Shown here: positions 1 to 12,780 of the stretch, one piece after another
Position numbering within the stretch: the stretch's first letter is position 1
Layout of the letters: each line of letters begins with the position of its first letter
Assembly: GCA_040954595.2 (NCBI GenBank)
Contig: CM082582.2
Span: forward strand, 4,758,303-4,822,302
Source: Balanoglossus misakiensis
Taxonomy: Eukaryota > Animalia > Hemichordata
Direction of reading: 5' to 3'
DNA: 64,000 nt
Notes under the pieces: generated by a model
Seen by the model: only the letters and a program-made list of their open reading frames with translations
Told to the model about the DNA's origin: nothing
Databases searched by the model: none
Position numbers and translations under genes: made by a program

Positions 1-643
1 GCCGTGGAACGTGAAACGTGAAACTTGAAACGTGAATCTTGAATTAGGCTAACCCAAGTCTATGGGCTTCATTATGTGTAGGGAACGCGTAGGCCCATAG
101 CTCAGTCCCAAATCCGTGACTAGTGGGCTAGTCTAGGCCATGGTTGAAACGACCCTCAAGTAAGACGGCCGAGACAAGGTAGTATGTCTGGCGGAAGGAA
201 GAGTTCAAAAAAGAGGGCGAATTTTAACATGCATATACATGTAATTACTGTGCTATTGTTTATACGTGTTCTGTGCGCAAGGCAGCGCGACTTTGCATTG
301 CACGTTTAAAGATACAACAAACAAATGATACAAAACCAAAACATCAATTGTAGTGTCAGTGATCAATATTCTAAACTTCCAAAAATGGGGAACTCATTTT
401 GCAAAAAATGATGAAATGCTGCATAATTTCTGGTTGAAATTCACGCATTACTTTATCCTTCAAACCATGTCCGTGGCTTTTCTTCCGGCCTTCAAATAAA
501 CTTTTATGACACTATAACGGCTTTTTAATCAAAATTGCATGACCCTTTGGTCTAACATCATTCACAGTGAAACACAAAAGCACATAAAGACAATCCATTG
601 CAGTGTGATGTCACATCTGAATTAATATTGTATCTATATGCAG

Positions 644-2126
644 GTGTTCCTCTGCCCTCAGTCTGGAGAAAAATGGCACCGAATGAACAGGTGGCGAGGG
701 TTGTCCTTGACGACAAGTCTAACGAATATGACACTGTGGAGAAACATTTCAAACAAACTCTAGCTTCCTACTCGTTGAAGAATATCGTTCAGGTAGGATG
801 ACTTCGTGGAAGTTTGTGACAGCTATGTGTGTGCGTGAAATGGGTCACCGCTGTTAACATCAATATGGAAATATCAGTATCAGTTGTCTTTTATTGTACC
901 TGGATTCTGGTAGAAAACGTATTGGGTGTTGCCGTTCATTCGTATTCGTTAATGTTTAGTGGAACTAAATTGTTTGTACAAGTTTGGTACTTTGTTCTGT
1001 TTTTCTATTGAGCTTACTTCAGACATGAACACAATGTGTATAGTTTTAGATATTCAATACCTGTAAATAAATGTTCATCCATATTTAAGGTTAATATTAG
1101 CCTAAAAACGAAGTGATAAAACACAATATGTTTTAACAAAATGACGGTGTCTTAACTTGTTATATATTAACTTACAGATTGTACGCATTCAAAATCCAAG
1201 ATTGTATCGTCAGTATGTGGTTTTGAAGCAAGACATGGATTTAAAAAACCCACCAGGAACACAAAATGAGAAGATATTATACCATGGCACTTGCCCAGAC
1301 TCTGTCTCAAAAATAAATGCTGGTGGATTCAATAGAAGTTTTGCAGGAAAAAATGGTAATCGTTTTTTTTCTTCTTTTTTTACATGATGCGCACAGCCAA
1401 AAATTCGTTTGATCATGTGTACAATATTAGAACTGAATTGTTGGGTTGAACCAATCAATAATGGTGAAGTTAATTTGTGCGCTTTTTACAATAAGTCTTA
1501 CATGACAAAAATGCAAATTGTACTGTAGCAGAACTCGGTGACCCCTTATTATGTCATATACATGCAGAAGTTGTTTTAGCTCACGCGTTTAGTTTTTCTT
1601 AGTATTGATCGTGATGACAAAGGAAATGGAGCTATATATATTTATTATACCCCACGATATAGCACAAATAACTATATATGCACTCTCCTGCGGCTTGTGC
1701 ATATTGATTTTAGCATGTGTTCAACATGGACTGTTTATCTCGTTTGCATGTCACCAGTGAAATTATGCCAGTTTTATTTTTCTGGCAACAACAATATAAT
1801 CATCAATACGTGCAAATATGTGTGTTTCTTCATTTTCAGCAACATCATTTGGAGAAGGAAGCTACTTTGCTGTGAATGCGCGATATTCAGCAAGCGAAAC
1901 ATATTCAAAGCCAGATGAAAATGACAAGAAATACATGTACCAGGCAAAAGTCCTAACAGGAGAGTATACAAAAGGGGCTAAGGGCATGAAGGTACCACCA
2001 TCCAAGAATCCAAATGATCCGACAGACTACTATGACAGTGTCACAGACAACGTACAAAGTCCACAGATATTTGTCGTCTTCAGTGATGCAATGGCTTACC
2101 CAGAGTATCTCATTGTATTTCAATAG
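644..2126 (+). CDS. PARP14/PARP10/15-like mono-ADP-ribosyltransferase, 3' exons encoding the catalytic domain (5' part lies outside the window)
   Basis: Exons 644-792, 1178-1355 and 1840-2126 have AG/GT boundaries and compatible phases. Joined peptide: PLPSVW...[13 protein letters not shown]...NEKILYHGT...[29 protein letters not shown]...[31 protein letters not shown]. These are classic PARP catalytic motifs with an H-Y-I triad (no catalytic Glu). Confidence 0.92.
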
Positions 2127-2212
2127 AATAACAAAGTATGTCCGGTACTTGGTGTCTTTTAGAAATGATATTAGCTTGAAAATATTCACACCATTTGAGG
2201 TGAATCAAACAA

Positions 2213-2650
2213 CACAGGGGTCTGCAAACATGAAAGTTATAAATGGCGGAGTTTCTGCATTTTCCCCCAATAAACATTACTAGATGAACAGTCTTTGTGC
2301 TTGTTTATTTTTCTGTGTTACCTCCACCTGTCTTATCAGTTGCTAATCCAGAATAAAAGCTATCACATTTCCCATCAAGCACCTGCTAACGACTTAATCT
2401 GTGTGCCCCATCCACGGATTTAGTGGATTAAGTAAACATCGGTCAGTTCTCCTCTTGTTATACCCAGTACTTGCTGACCGATGTTTACTTTATCAATTTA
2501 ATCCGTGGATGGGGCATACAGATTAAGTCGTTAGCAGGTGCTTAATGGGAAATGGATAGATTTTATTCTGCAAATGATAAGACAGGTTGGGAAAACGCAG
2601 AACGGAACGTACTTCGCCATTTATAACTTTCATGTCTGCATTCCCCCGTG
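2213..2650. mobile_element. Foldback / MITE-like inverted-repeat element with CAC...GTG ends
   Basis: Outer arms 2213-2248 and 2615-2650 are reverse complements. Inner arms ~2327-2447 and ~2473-2586 also pair (e.g. AAGCACCTGCTAACGACTTAATCTGT vs ACAGATTAAGTCGTTAGCAGGTGCTT). No clear TSD. Confidence 0.75.
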
Positions 2651-3907
2651 ATATAAATAGAAAACAAGACAAAGATTGCAGAACAAAATATTTTTTGGTT
2701 CAGATTGCAGTGTCTCTTATAGTACCATATTAAGGGGAAGTAAACACGAAACAGTTTGAAACGTTTTATTGTGGGGTAAGGTTGACAGATAATTTATATT
2801 GTAATGTTGCTGTAGATCTGGCAGATTAAGACCAGCCAGGTACAATTAATGATTAGATTATTGACAGTACATTCATGTGACTCAGTTTCGCTGCAGTCTT
2901 ATTACACATACATGTCAAGAACTCATTTCATGTACCCCACCCACTTCTAAATGTGTATTCATTGAAGCATTGTTGAACGATTTTGTGCAACCAGCAGGCA
3001 TGTTAACTTGGCAAAAAGAGATACAACATACAGTAAACTGGAGTGATTCTTGGGATTTAGCTCATGAGATTACAAGCGAAAACAGAGTAAGGGTTTTTTC
3101 ATTGGAAATGTTTACACCGAACTTGTGTGAACAATGTGAAACTTTTCTTCGGCGGCGCGAGGGCACGTAACAAAATGTCGATAAGACCAACACATTACTT
3201 TACCAAGATACTCGTAAGTTCACAACAGTTACACAAGTATTGCCGTAAGTTTGTGTGAACGTATGCTTTACCATTGTACAGAATTTCAAACATTACACAA
3301 AATTCAAAACGCGATTTACTTAAGGAAAAGTAGTCAAAGGATCTGGAACAGTGGTATTACGAAGGTATCGTTATTCAGTAGAGTTGTCCATTTTGAATTT
3401 GCATAATTTTTGTCTATATCAGAAAACATTCTATTATTCAACATGCGTTTTATGAAAAATATATAAGCACTTGTCAACGGTCTGTTTCCTAACAATGAGA
3501 CGATATTTCGTATGTTGTAGAGGAGAGTATTAATATGCACACTGATATCCTTCTCTGAGTCTACTCATCGGATAAAAGTTCGGTTCAGTGCGTGCATGTG
3601 GATTTTTGCATGCTCAACAGTACGTTCTAGCTCGTATATTGCTACCTTGCCGTATATATATATCATACTAATCGTGTATATTTTTTTCATTTGATAAAGC
3701 AAGGCCCTGTGTATGTACTGATTTCCGTGTTCTGTAATTTAAATGAATCTTTCCAAATGCGTTTTATAATGATCAATGTTTTCTTTTTAGGTACCCGCAT
3801 TCGTCGCATCAGAATAAATGCGCAAGTGTTTTGTGGCAAATATCAACAAAGCTTTGAAAAGTACGTGTACTAATATTTTGCCACTTGTTTGGTGATGTTG
3901 GGTGCTA

Positions 3908-4568
3908 CTGTGGAATACTTTATTTTCGCGCTGATCGCTTTACATTGTCATCAGCCAAGGCGCTGTACGCCAATTGAAATTAGACGTTGACAAAGCTAAG
4001 TCGTCAAACACAAACATCACAGACTGCCGTTAGGTGACAAACAATGCGTTTTGGGTGTCAATCAAGTCGGCAAACATTTGATTTTATTGTTTTTAACCAG
4101 TTTTAGTTATGGTGTTAATTACAAGGTGTCGGCAATGACTGTCGGCATGTGAGTGCGTTAGTGCGTGTTCCGTGTCAGATTGACATCGACAAAGCTAAGT
4201 CGTCAAACACAAACATCACAGGCTGCTGTTAGGCGACAAACAATGCGTTTTGGGTGTCAATCAAGTCGGCAAACATTTGATTTTATTGTTTTTAACCAGT
4301 TTTAGTTATGGTGTCAATTACTAGGTGTCGATAATGACTGTCGGCATGTGAGTGCGTGAGCGTGAGTGCGTGTTCCGTGTCAGATTGTTTTCCATAGACG
4401 TAACATGCAAGTAATCAGTGGTCAAAGGTCACTGCGTCAGTCGATCTAGCTCATTAATATTCATGTCTATTGTGTTCAAAACATACCGCTGGAACAAATT
4501 TTCGCGCAAAAATTACCTCCGCGAAAGCAGCCAAAATAAATTCCACGCGAACAAAAAGTATTCCACAG
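3908..4568. mobile_element. Non-autonomous Tc1/mariner-pogo-type MITE with TA target duplication
   Basis: TA|CTGTGGAATACTTTATTTTCGCG at 3906-3930 and CGCGAACAAAAAGTATTCCACAG|TA at 4546-4570 form imperfect TIRs flanked by TA. Confidence 0.7.
3989..4388. repeat. Tandem duplication, ~199 bp x2, inside the MITE
   Basis: GACAAAGCTAAGTCGTCAAACACAAACATCACAG...CGTGTTCCGTGTCAGATTG occurs at ~3989 and again at ~4188 with few substitutions. Confidence 0.9.
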
Positions 4569-5557
4569 TATATGCATACATTACATACGAAATTACATAT
4601 ATACATGTACATACATACATGCACGCGTATGTGCCGGTGCATACCGGTACACACACACACGTGAACACGCGCACACACAAATACAACCCGAAATAGTATA
4701 TGCTCACTTTCGACCACATTTGACTTTGTCGTATGAATTGCAGTGAATTGCAGGAAACGTGAAGGACTTGCCCACCAGATTAGTTCAGCTATACCAAAGT
4801 GTCTGCACCTATAACTTAGCTTAACATGAATTGTTATCGTCAAAGGTGTAGATTCGATTTCTATTCAACTGGACCTTCCATGGTTTCCTTCAGTGTAGTC
4901 ACGTGTTTTAGAAATGAGTAATCAGATGAAGAGCAATAAGAAAACAGTCTGTAACAATGAAATAAGCATTTAATGGCGTCTTGGAAAGTTCAATAAATTA
5001 CAAAACACAGAAAACGAAGGCAGAAATAAGATAAAATTTCTAATTACATTAAAATCACAGTGTCGATGTGTGTTTCTTTTGAACAATATTGGTGTGGCAA
5101 GTATGTTGAAGGATATGAACGTTCTGTGACCATGGAGTGGTGGGGAGTATCCTCTTGTGAATGACGCCGTTAAACGAACAGAAAGTCTGATTATAACTAC
5201 AGTGAAAGTGCTAAATACCAGATCACACAAAGCACCACTGTGGTGTAATCTATTCACAAAAAATACTTCCGTTATACATTTGCGAAGCCACTCAAATCTA
5301 GAAAAAAACGCGAAATGGTAAGTACACGAGATGGCCGACTGACAACAACAAAAGCCTATTCTATTTAATTTTCATAAAATCTTATAAAATCACAAAGTAA
5401 AGACAAAGAATATATGTTCGATGTACTCTGAAAGTAAAACTTTCACTGTTTGATGATATTCTTGAGCATCTTTGATACTACCGTGGCGAGAGTACTACAT
5501 GTATATCACACTCACTAAATAATCCTGTTCGTTGAACGAAGTTGGTGACGGCGAGTT

Positions 5558-6337
5558 TTAGGTTGAATTGGCCGGAAGCTTTGAGGAAACCCTTGTCTTG
5601 CGGCGGGGGACAACTTTGTGCCGTTTCATGAACTTGCGACACCACCCTCTGGATGCTTTGAAGTCTTCGTTCTCGGGTTGGACGATCTGTAGTGCGTAGT
5701 CACAGATATCATCGATGGTGACGGGGATCTGCAGGTCGCGTTGCTGCTGAATCCACTGCAAGATGGATTTGTCGGTCTCAGCTGAATACGACACCTTACG
5801 GCCGCTCCCGACCAGTCGGCCACCTTTGGTGAATCGGTCGTTGTCGAAGTCGTACTTCTTCCAGGTTTTCAGAGTTGACGGAGGGATGTTGAATACCCTG
5901 GCCGTGGCATTCAAACCGTTGCATTTTGCCAGGTCGAGGATTTCTTTGCGCCGTTTTAGGGTGTACGCCTTGTACAGACCCCGTTTCTTGTCTGGTGACG
6001 TTGCACGTGTCAGAGCGATGAGTTCGGTGGGAGGTGATGGTAGTTGGACGGGTGTGGTACGTGTTGGTTGGACGGAGGCGACGGGTGTAGATGGTGCAGT
6101 GATGACTGGTGTCGGCGTTGCGGTGATGACCGGTTTCGGGGATACGGTGATGGCGGGCGTTGGTGGAACATTATCTGCAAGAGTTGGAGAACTAGAGTCG
6201 ATGCGTGGTATCTTTCTAGGTCGTCCAACTGGTCGCTTCTCCTTTCTCTTCATAGGTGGGGAGATGCGAAACATCGATGGTGGTAATGCAGGAGTTTCGG
6301 CCGTAGCCTTAGCAAAGTACGAGTCGATGCGCCTCAT
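5558..6337 (-). pseudogene. pogo/Tigger-family transposase-derived ORF, DNA-binding part only (AT-hook, Pro/Thr linker, psq/Brinker-like HTH, CENP-B-type HTH); no DDE domain
   Basis: ORF-track peptide contains KRPVGRPRK (AT-hook), YTLKRRKEIL...ATARVFNIPPSTLKTW (HTH) and ETDKSILQWIQQQRDLQIPVT...FKASRGWCRKFMKRH..RRKT (CENP-B HTH hallmark). It stops at KLPANST*. First ATG (MRRIDSYF) is near 6337. Confidence 0.8.
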
Positions 6338-6980
6338 GGTGCTGTTCGTTAGGATAGCGAAGTGCAAGTGAAGTCATGTCGATTTTGGATGGGTTTTTAT
6401 ACACAATTTCTTCTTGATGTACCGGCTATACTCTTTTGTACCTATTGGCAATTCACCGCCCCCTATTGTAAAATTGCCAAAATCGCACCTCGTGTATTTC
6501 GTTTCAGTCGCCTCATTCACACCATTGTAAGATAATAGATGTGGATAGGAATAAGACGCTTTGTTTTATTCGTGACGTAAAAATAGAATAATGAAAGTGA
6601 TAATGATTGTTGGTTGATAAACCCTACCACCCACAGATCACAGGTGGTGAACATGACAAGCCAAAGTTTCAGTCGTTCATGTCATGTGAAACACGTGTGC
6701 ACACGACAAACTCCCTTTGTTTGGTGGTTGATAAACCCTAGTTGAATATAGTACATGGTAAACAATTTGCGAATGTGTTGTGCAAAAGAGTTGGGGCACA
6801 TTCGCTTTCAAATACATGTTGGAGATCGATCGACTCCTCTGAGAAATAGAACAAAGTAGAAAGACCCCACCCCACAACTAAAAAGTTGTAAAACAGGGAA
6901 TTCTACGAATCATGCAACGGCATTCATTACGTGTTGACATCAACGTATACATGTCCGTCAGAACCGTATCTGTGATATCA

Positions 6981-7270
6981 TACCGTATTCGGCCGTACTA
7001 AATTCGGAAGAGAAACTTTTTTGATCGTCTGATTTCATTATTTTTTTCTCTCAATATTCCTGCCTCATTTTACCATTTTCGGCCGTGATAAATTCGGAAT
7101 AGTAACTGTTTCGATTCATTAGGTTTTGACATAAACGTAAATTTCCATCAGAACCCCGCCTTATTTTACCGTTTTCGGCCCAACTAAATTCTGAAAAAGA
7201 AACTGTTTCGATAGTCGGTTTTGACATAAACATCAATGTTCGTAAAAATCTGCCTCATTCTATTTTATAA
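6981..7270. repeat. Degenerate ~93-95-bp tandem repeat, about 3 copies
   Basis: TACC(G/A)T(A/T)TTCGGCC...AAATTC(G/T)GAA recurs at ~6981, ~7072 and ~7167. GGTTTTGACATAAAC recurs at ~7122 and ~7217. GCCT(C/T)ATT recurs at ~7062, ~7158 and ~7252. Confidence 0.65.
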
Positions 7271-8143
7271 ACTTGATCCCACCAGAAATAACGATAACAC
7301 ACAATATTCTTGGTTTTCCGTATTTTGCAGCAAGTCTGTCGAGACTGTCTAAAAATGCGAAACAAAAGCGTACCAGTGAAACCAAATACTGCTCTTGTCT
7401 TATTGCTCTGAATGGCTACCGGTAGTATTGGCGGCAAAGACAAAGGGTAGGCTTACGCCCCCTCTGAGTCGGTTACACTTTCCGAGATCAAATGTAACAA
7501 GCTGACGCTACGGCGAAAAACAGTAACATGGCGTCACAAGAAGTAAACTGTGATTCGGTTAAAATCCTTTACCGATCGAAACCATTCCCGACCAAGTCTA
7601 TCATGAAGGTCGTTATTCGTGGTGTGTTCGCTTAGCACCGGTGTAACCGCCAATAGATAATTCACTAGTACAAAACATCATTTATAAAAGTCATTTATAG
7701 GTCACGATTTTTCAGCCCAGCTCGAGAGGGTGACAATTTATTTATTTTCCATTATTTCGTTTCGCTTCAAAAACATTATACCCCTTTTACTTTTTGACGG
7801 ACAGAAATATTTTTATTCACCAACTGTTTGTCACAAGACATAGGAAAGTTGCAGAACTTTAAAAACATTGTTGCAGTTCTTAAATATGCAAATTATCACT
7901 CAATTAACAAGACATTGTCACATAGTCCCCTCAGAGATTTTTTAGCTCACCTGGTACATGGCCACATACGTAAGTTCATAATCTAAAAACACACTGACAG
8001 CCTTCTGACAGTACACGGAAGACAACAGAGTTATCGAGTATGGTATATTTGAAAAAAATACTACATTGTCGACGAAAACACGTTAAATGCATGACAGTTG
8101 CCAAAAGCAATATTTTGCGAGACATGAAAAGGATGAAACACTG

Positions 8144-11100
8144 TCATGACCGTTGCTGGATAGCCAACAACTTTTCATGCAATTCAGAAGCGTTGATACT
8201 CAATTGACCGAGTTGATGCTTGAGGATTGTCACTTCACTTTTCACATGTTGTGGTGCTTGTGAAAGTATTTTTAAAAGTATACTCTCACTGAATTTCAAC
8301 AAGTTGAATTTGGCATTTATTCCCTTGCATTTGTTGTCTTCACATGGAATATCTGGAAAGAGAAGTAATATCATTGTACCAACTGCTCCACTGAAGACTT
8401 TTCACAAACTATGGAGAAAACAATTAATACACGTGCAAACCAGTGTATTATGTTCATTCATAGCTTCCTAATGCAGTTTTATTTGCAGTAAGGTTTGATG
8501 TATACAGCCAAAGTACAATAATCTGTCACAATGAATATATAAACCATGCCAAGATTAGTAACCCACAAATGCTACATATTTACAAAGTCATTTCAATATG
8601 AAAAGATAGCTAAATTAAAGTGTATATTGGTTGTTAATTGGCTTGTCAGTTTTGCATCAGTATTTTCATTCAAAACTCAACAAAATAGTGCCAAGGACAC
8701 TGTACTCCCATTTCATCACAACTGTTGCATTCAAAAGTGACATAATAACATCAAAGGATATTTATGATGTGCCCGGAAATTCTCATAATACATCATATAT
8801 CACACAGTGCAATCTATACCATTGCCAAGATCACTAAATTAATAAGAATAGCACCACATGATGTTTCAGTATAATTAAACTTCCTTGGGCAGTGAGTATG
8901 AGAACATATTTAAACTTTCCTTTTCAAGAAACATGTACATGAGTCTAACAAAACCATGTTTATTACTTACCTACAGGTTTAGCATCGATTGTACACTGTC
9001 CATCCTGGTTGCAAACACCCTCAATATTGTTGATATCATCCAGGTCCCCAAGTTTCAACTTTGAGTCAACAAAGAACATTTGGTCCAACTTAAAATCCGT
9101 TATGATCAGTGAACCAAGTGGTGACTGTTCTAGATAATCCAACAAATTGGCTATCTCCATGGCAAGCTACAATTAAAAACATAGGAAACAGTCATACACT
9201 CACAGGAATACACATGTTTAATACAAATATATCACAGAAAAGATAGCTTGGGTTTCTCTTTCTGCCATACGCATACAAATTATGAATATGATGTAAATGG
9301 TCATTTAAAAAACAGACTCCACTGTCCGGCCATATTTGAAAGCAAACTTGACCCAGGATGTGTGATCAAGTGAATTTCCAAAAGGACTGGAAGTTAGTAC
9401 AAAAAACACAAAATTTAATTAACAAGAAGCTATTGAAGAATTTGTTAATGGAAAGGAAAGTGAGAGAGTAATACACTAAAGACAAGCAAAAGAAAATAAC
9501 CTTCAGTCTTCTGTTCCAGTCCCATTTCAGCACCTCAGGGAGTTTAATAAGTTCACCAACTTCCGTTACTGAAATAACACCATGATCGAGAAGGGATGAC
9601 CCCGTCTGTTCACTGCGCACACAGAAGCCTAGCATCTGGTGAATAACATAAAATGTTTTTGATGTCAGAAATCTTTCACTCAAGAAATGCACTGTATATA
9701 AGAAGTGGAAAGACATATTCAACTAAGTGCACACTGAAGGGGTGGGGAGAGGATGGGGGTGAGTGGAACTGAAAAAGTTTAAATTGTTTTCACAAATCCT
9801 CACCCCCACCCAGTTTATTGTGATCACTGCCTTAATATGCAACTATATAATATACTGGGATAGTGCCATTTTTATGGTACTTTTAATTGAAGAAATACAC
9901 CAATCCTACATGACACAGTTCACTATTTTAACTTTGTGGGGATTTTAAAATACATATCAAGATATCCACACATATTCATATATCAGGATAGTTTTGTACT
10001 CTTAGACTTACAAAGGCCAGTTGAATAACAGATGCGGCCCCCATTAATTGTTTTACTTGTTCATTCAGAAGTTTGCGTATACCCACTAGTTAGCATATTT
10101 AAATAGACCATTCTTAGTTTGAAAATTAAATCATGAAAATAATTCAAAAATTGGCAGGGATTGTGGCTCTAAATTACAACCATATTTCATCGACCATCTT
10201 TTTCTCTAGCTACCCAATATGCCTACAGTGCACTATTATGCAAAGGCCATGCCCCTGTGGCATTCCTGCAAACAATCAGAAACAATACATGTACATGTAC
10301 AACAATGTTGCACATGACAAGTATTACCATACGGCGCATCGCAAACATGTCTATCATCAATAGATTTTCAGCTGGAAAATTTGCTGCATATAATACAAAG
10401 AAAATTTGTGGGGAAGCTGTTGCTAGACATTCAATGTAATTGAAGCAAAAAACTGTCAGATCAGTCTTTTCACAAATAAATAACATCTGCTGTTTATGAA
10501 AACCATTTTCCTTCTCAAGTCTCTACTGTACACAGTGACAATAGCAAAATGGGAAAAATGCTTGTTTTCAAAGACATACTTTTTCTGTACTCCAATTTTA
10601 CATTATTAATTTACATATTTTCATGTTAATATATATTTCACTAATTAATTCATTTATTTACATTTCCAAACCCAGTACAAATAACAGTTTCCACATATCT
10701 GTCAAATCATTATTTATGCATTATTTACATAGTTATATTTATTTATTTGTTTTGTTTATTATATTATTTAATTTATAAACATTTAGTAATTTACATGAAA
10801 TTATTTGTTTTGTTTGTTGATATGTATTAACCTGCATGTGCACATTTTCAGGAAATGCACTAAAGCTATAAAATAATGTTTGCAAATTTATGCAAATATG
10901 ATAATTTTAAAATTGGGTCATGTACCTCCCATAGTAACAATCTACGGTACATTGTCTTTATCAAATTATGGGCCATTTTTGTTTAATTTGGTCAAAAAAT
11001 TACCAATTACTTGACTTCTGATGCATCTTACCTCTAAAATATTCGGATGCTGCAGCTGTAATCTTAATAGAATTTCTTTGATGATCTTGTAGTTTGCATA

Positions 11101-11745
11101 CAAGTAACATTCGCTTTCTTTCCAAAATTTCTTACGCCGCAGACAAGCCCTGACATCGTCCACGTTAGCAGTGACTCGTTTAATGGCAACGTATCTGTTT
11201 CTGTACTTGCCCAAATGAACTTCTTTACTTGTCCCCTTTCCTAGCCTTCTCACTATTGTAATCGTGTTGATGTCGGAACAGCCGAGGAATTCTCTGCCGA
11301 ACTGCGGTTTTAGTGTCAAATTGTGCTGGGACATTTTGGCGGCTACTCGTTCTTTTTCCAAGTTCCTTCCTGTTGTCGTGGCGTTCATCAGCACAGACTT
11401 ATTATCAGTGTCGCTTTTGGTCTCGATTTGGACTTGGACTGGTTCCAAATGTGTGCCCTGAAGTCTCTGATACAGCGGAGAAAGTCTCTGCCTTGTCTCG
11501 CCGACATCTTTCAGAACTCTTTCTAATAGCCTGTCAACCTGAGTAATGTCGGCCGCCAGTTTACTCTCGTTGCTGCGCCAATCGATGTCAATCAAATCTC
11601 GCCGCGGTTGTTCAACATCAAACGTCGCAGTAGATAAAGTTTTCGTTGATATCAGGTACGGTATGAAAACCAGAATGACGACTACAGCCAAAATTACGCG
11701 GGAAAGCTGGCGCTTCCTGGTCGCACAAAACCTCCAAAACAACAT
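8144..11745 (-). CDS. PKDCC: PKDCC/VLK-like secretory-pathway (extracellular tyrosine) kinase, paralog A, ~417 aa
   Basis: Exons 11745-11032, 9635-9501, 9166-8971 and 8352-8144 join in frame (1254 nt). Features: N-terminal hydrophobic anchor (VILAVVVILVFIPYLI), GKGTSKEV, VAIK, IIKEILL...LQHPNILEMLGFCVRS, LLDYLEQSPLGSLIITDFK, KLGDLDD, CKGINAKFNL. These match the PKDCC-family motifs. Confidence 0.88.
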
Positions 11746-12780
11746 TTTCCATCACTTGATACAATTGTATCTCTCTACCTCGTCGATGTCTCATTCAGAA
11801 AAGGCGCGGGTCAGTGTCGACTGTGGTTTTAAAAACCACTGCCTCATGTCCGGTGGCTATCAAACGTCTTCTCAAGTTTTCATACTGGTTATAACTAAAC
11901 AGTTGTCATGGCAGTGTGGTGGACGGGTCGAAATTCTTGCGATCAAGTCGACGCAACAGTTGCAGCCACGTACGACACCGCTCAGATCAGTGCAGTCGAC
12001 ATCTTTCTACCAGTATTTAAAACGAACTCGTTCATTGGATAAACTGCCACAGGGGTCGAATATTGGCCAATCATAGGAACTTTTGCACACGCGATGAGCC
12101 TTCAGTGTTTTCACTCGGCACTCGCAATCTGATTAATCAGATGGCACGGTATTGTCCCCGGGCGCGGGCTCTGTACTTGATTACTGTTTTCCAACCAGAG
12201 TCAGTTATGCAGTTCCAATTGGCCTATTGTCATAAATAAAACGGATGCTGTTTTATCTGCCGCCCCCTTTTGTCTGGCGCCCCTGCTTTACTGTTTTTAT
12301 TGTTTTTCAATCTCATTGCCATTCTCTCTCTCGGCCTAAAACATGTAAAGACATGTATCATTCAAGATAGACTAGCCCTGCACTTGTAGCCTGGTGATTT
12401 TTTTGTCTTTATAAAGATTCGGTTGTTCGACATCTCGAAAGTTTTACTCATCATTTATTGTGTTTGCTTGCTTTGAACGGGTTTCCGTACTGAGTTGAGT
12501 TTCGAATTCGGGGCTGAGCTGCTGGTTTCGGTGACTTTCTGTATTTTCAGAAGCCTTTAAATTCGTTGCACTATACATTCTGGGTCCCTTATCAAGTGAT
12601 TGTTTAGGCCTATGTCTTGACACGTTGGTATGTAGGCCTAAGTATGGGGTCAGCTTGTGGTCAATTTTGTGTGAGAAGGTATATGTCATTTATACTAAAT
12701 ACATTCCAAGTTCGATGTGCACTATGCATGGCCTGTTGGACTGAACTGCCAATAGGACTATAAACTGAGAATAAGTCAAC

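Noticed and set aside
2213-2225. CACAG terminus resembling a RAG/Transib recombination-signal heptamer
   Set aside because: No 5-bp TSD or nonamer-like motif, and the right end differs (CACGG).
5100-5190. Minus-strand peptide FCSFNGVIHKRILPTTPW, faintly like an integrase core segment
   Set aside because: Too short, no flanking catalytic residues, and not phase-compatible with the 5515 donor.
5763-6371. 202-aa plus-strand ORF
   Set aside because: Antisense shadow of the GC-rich pogo-like ORF; no recognisable motifs.
7970-8146. Possible read-through or selenocysteine at the PKDCC-A TGA (TGA-C context, open frame after it)
   Set aside because: No SECIS recognised, the extension does not resemble a PKDCC C-terminus, and paralog B ends at a comparable position with TAG.
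11546-12076. 176-aa plus-strand ORF
   Set aside because: Antisense to PKDCC-A exon 1 and its 5' region; no domain signal.
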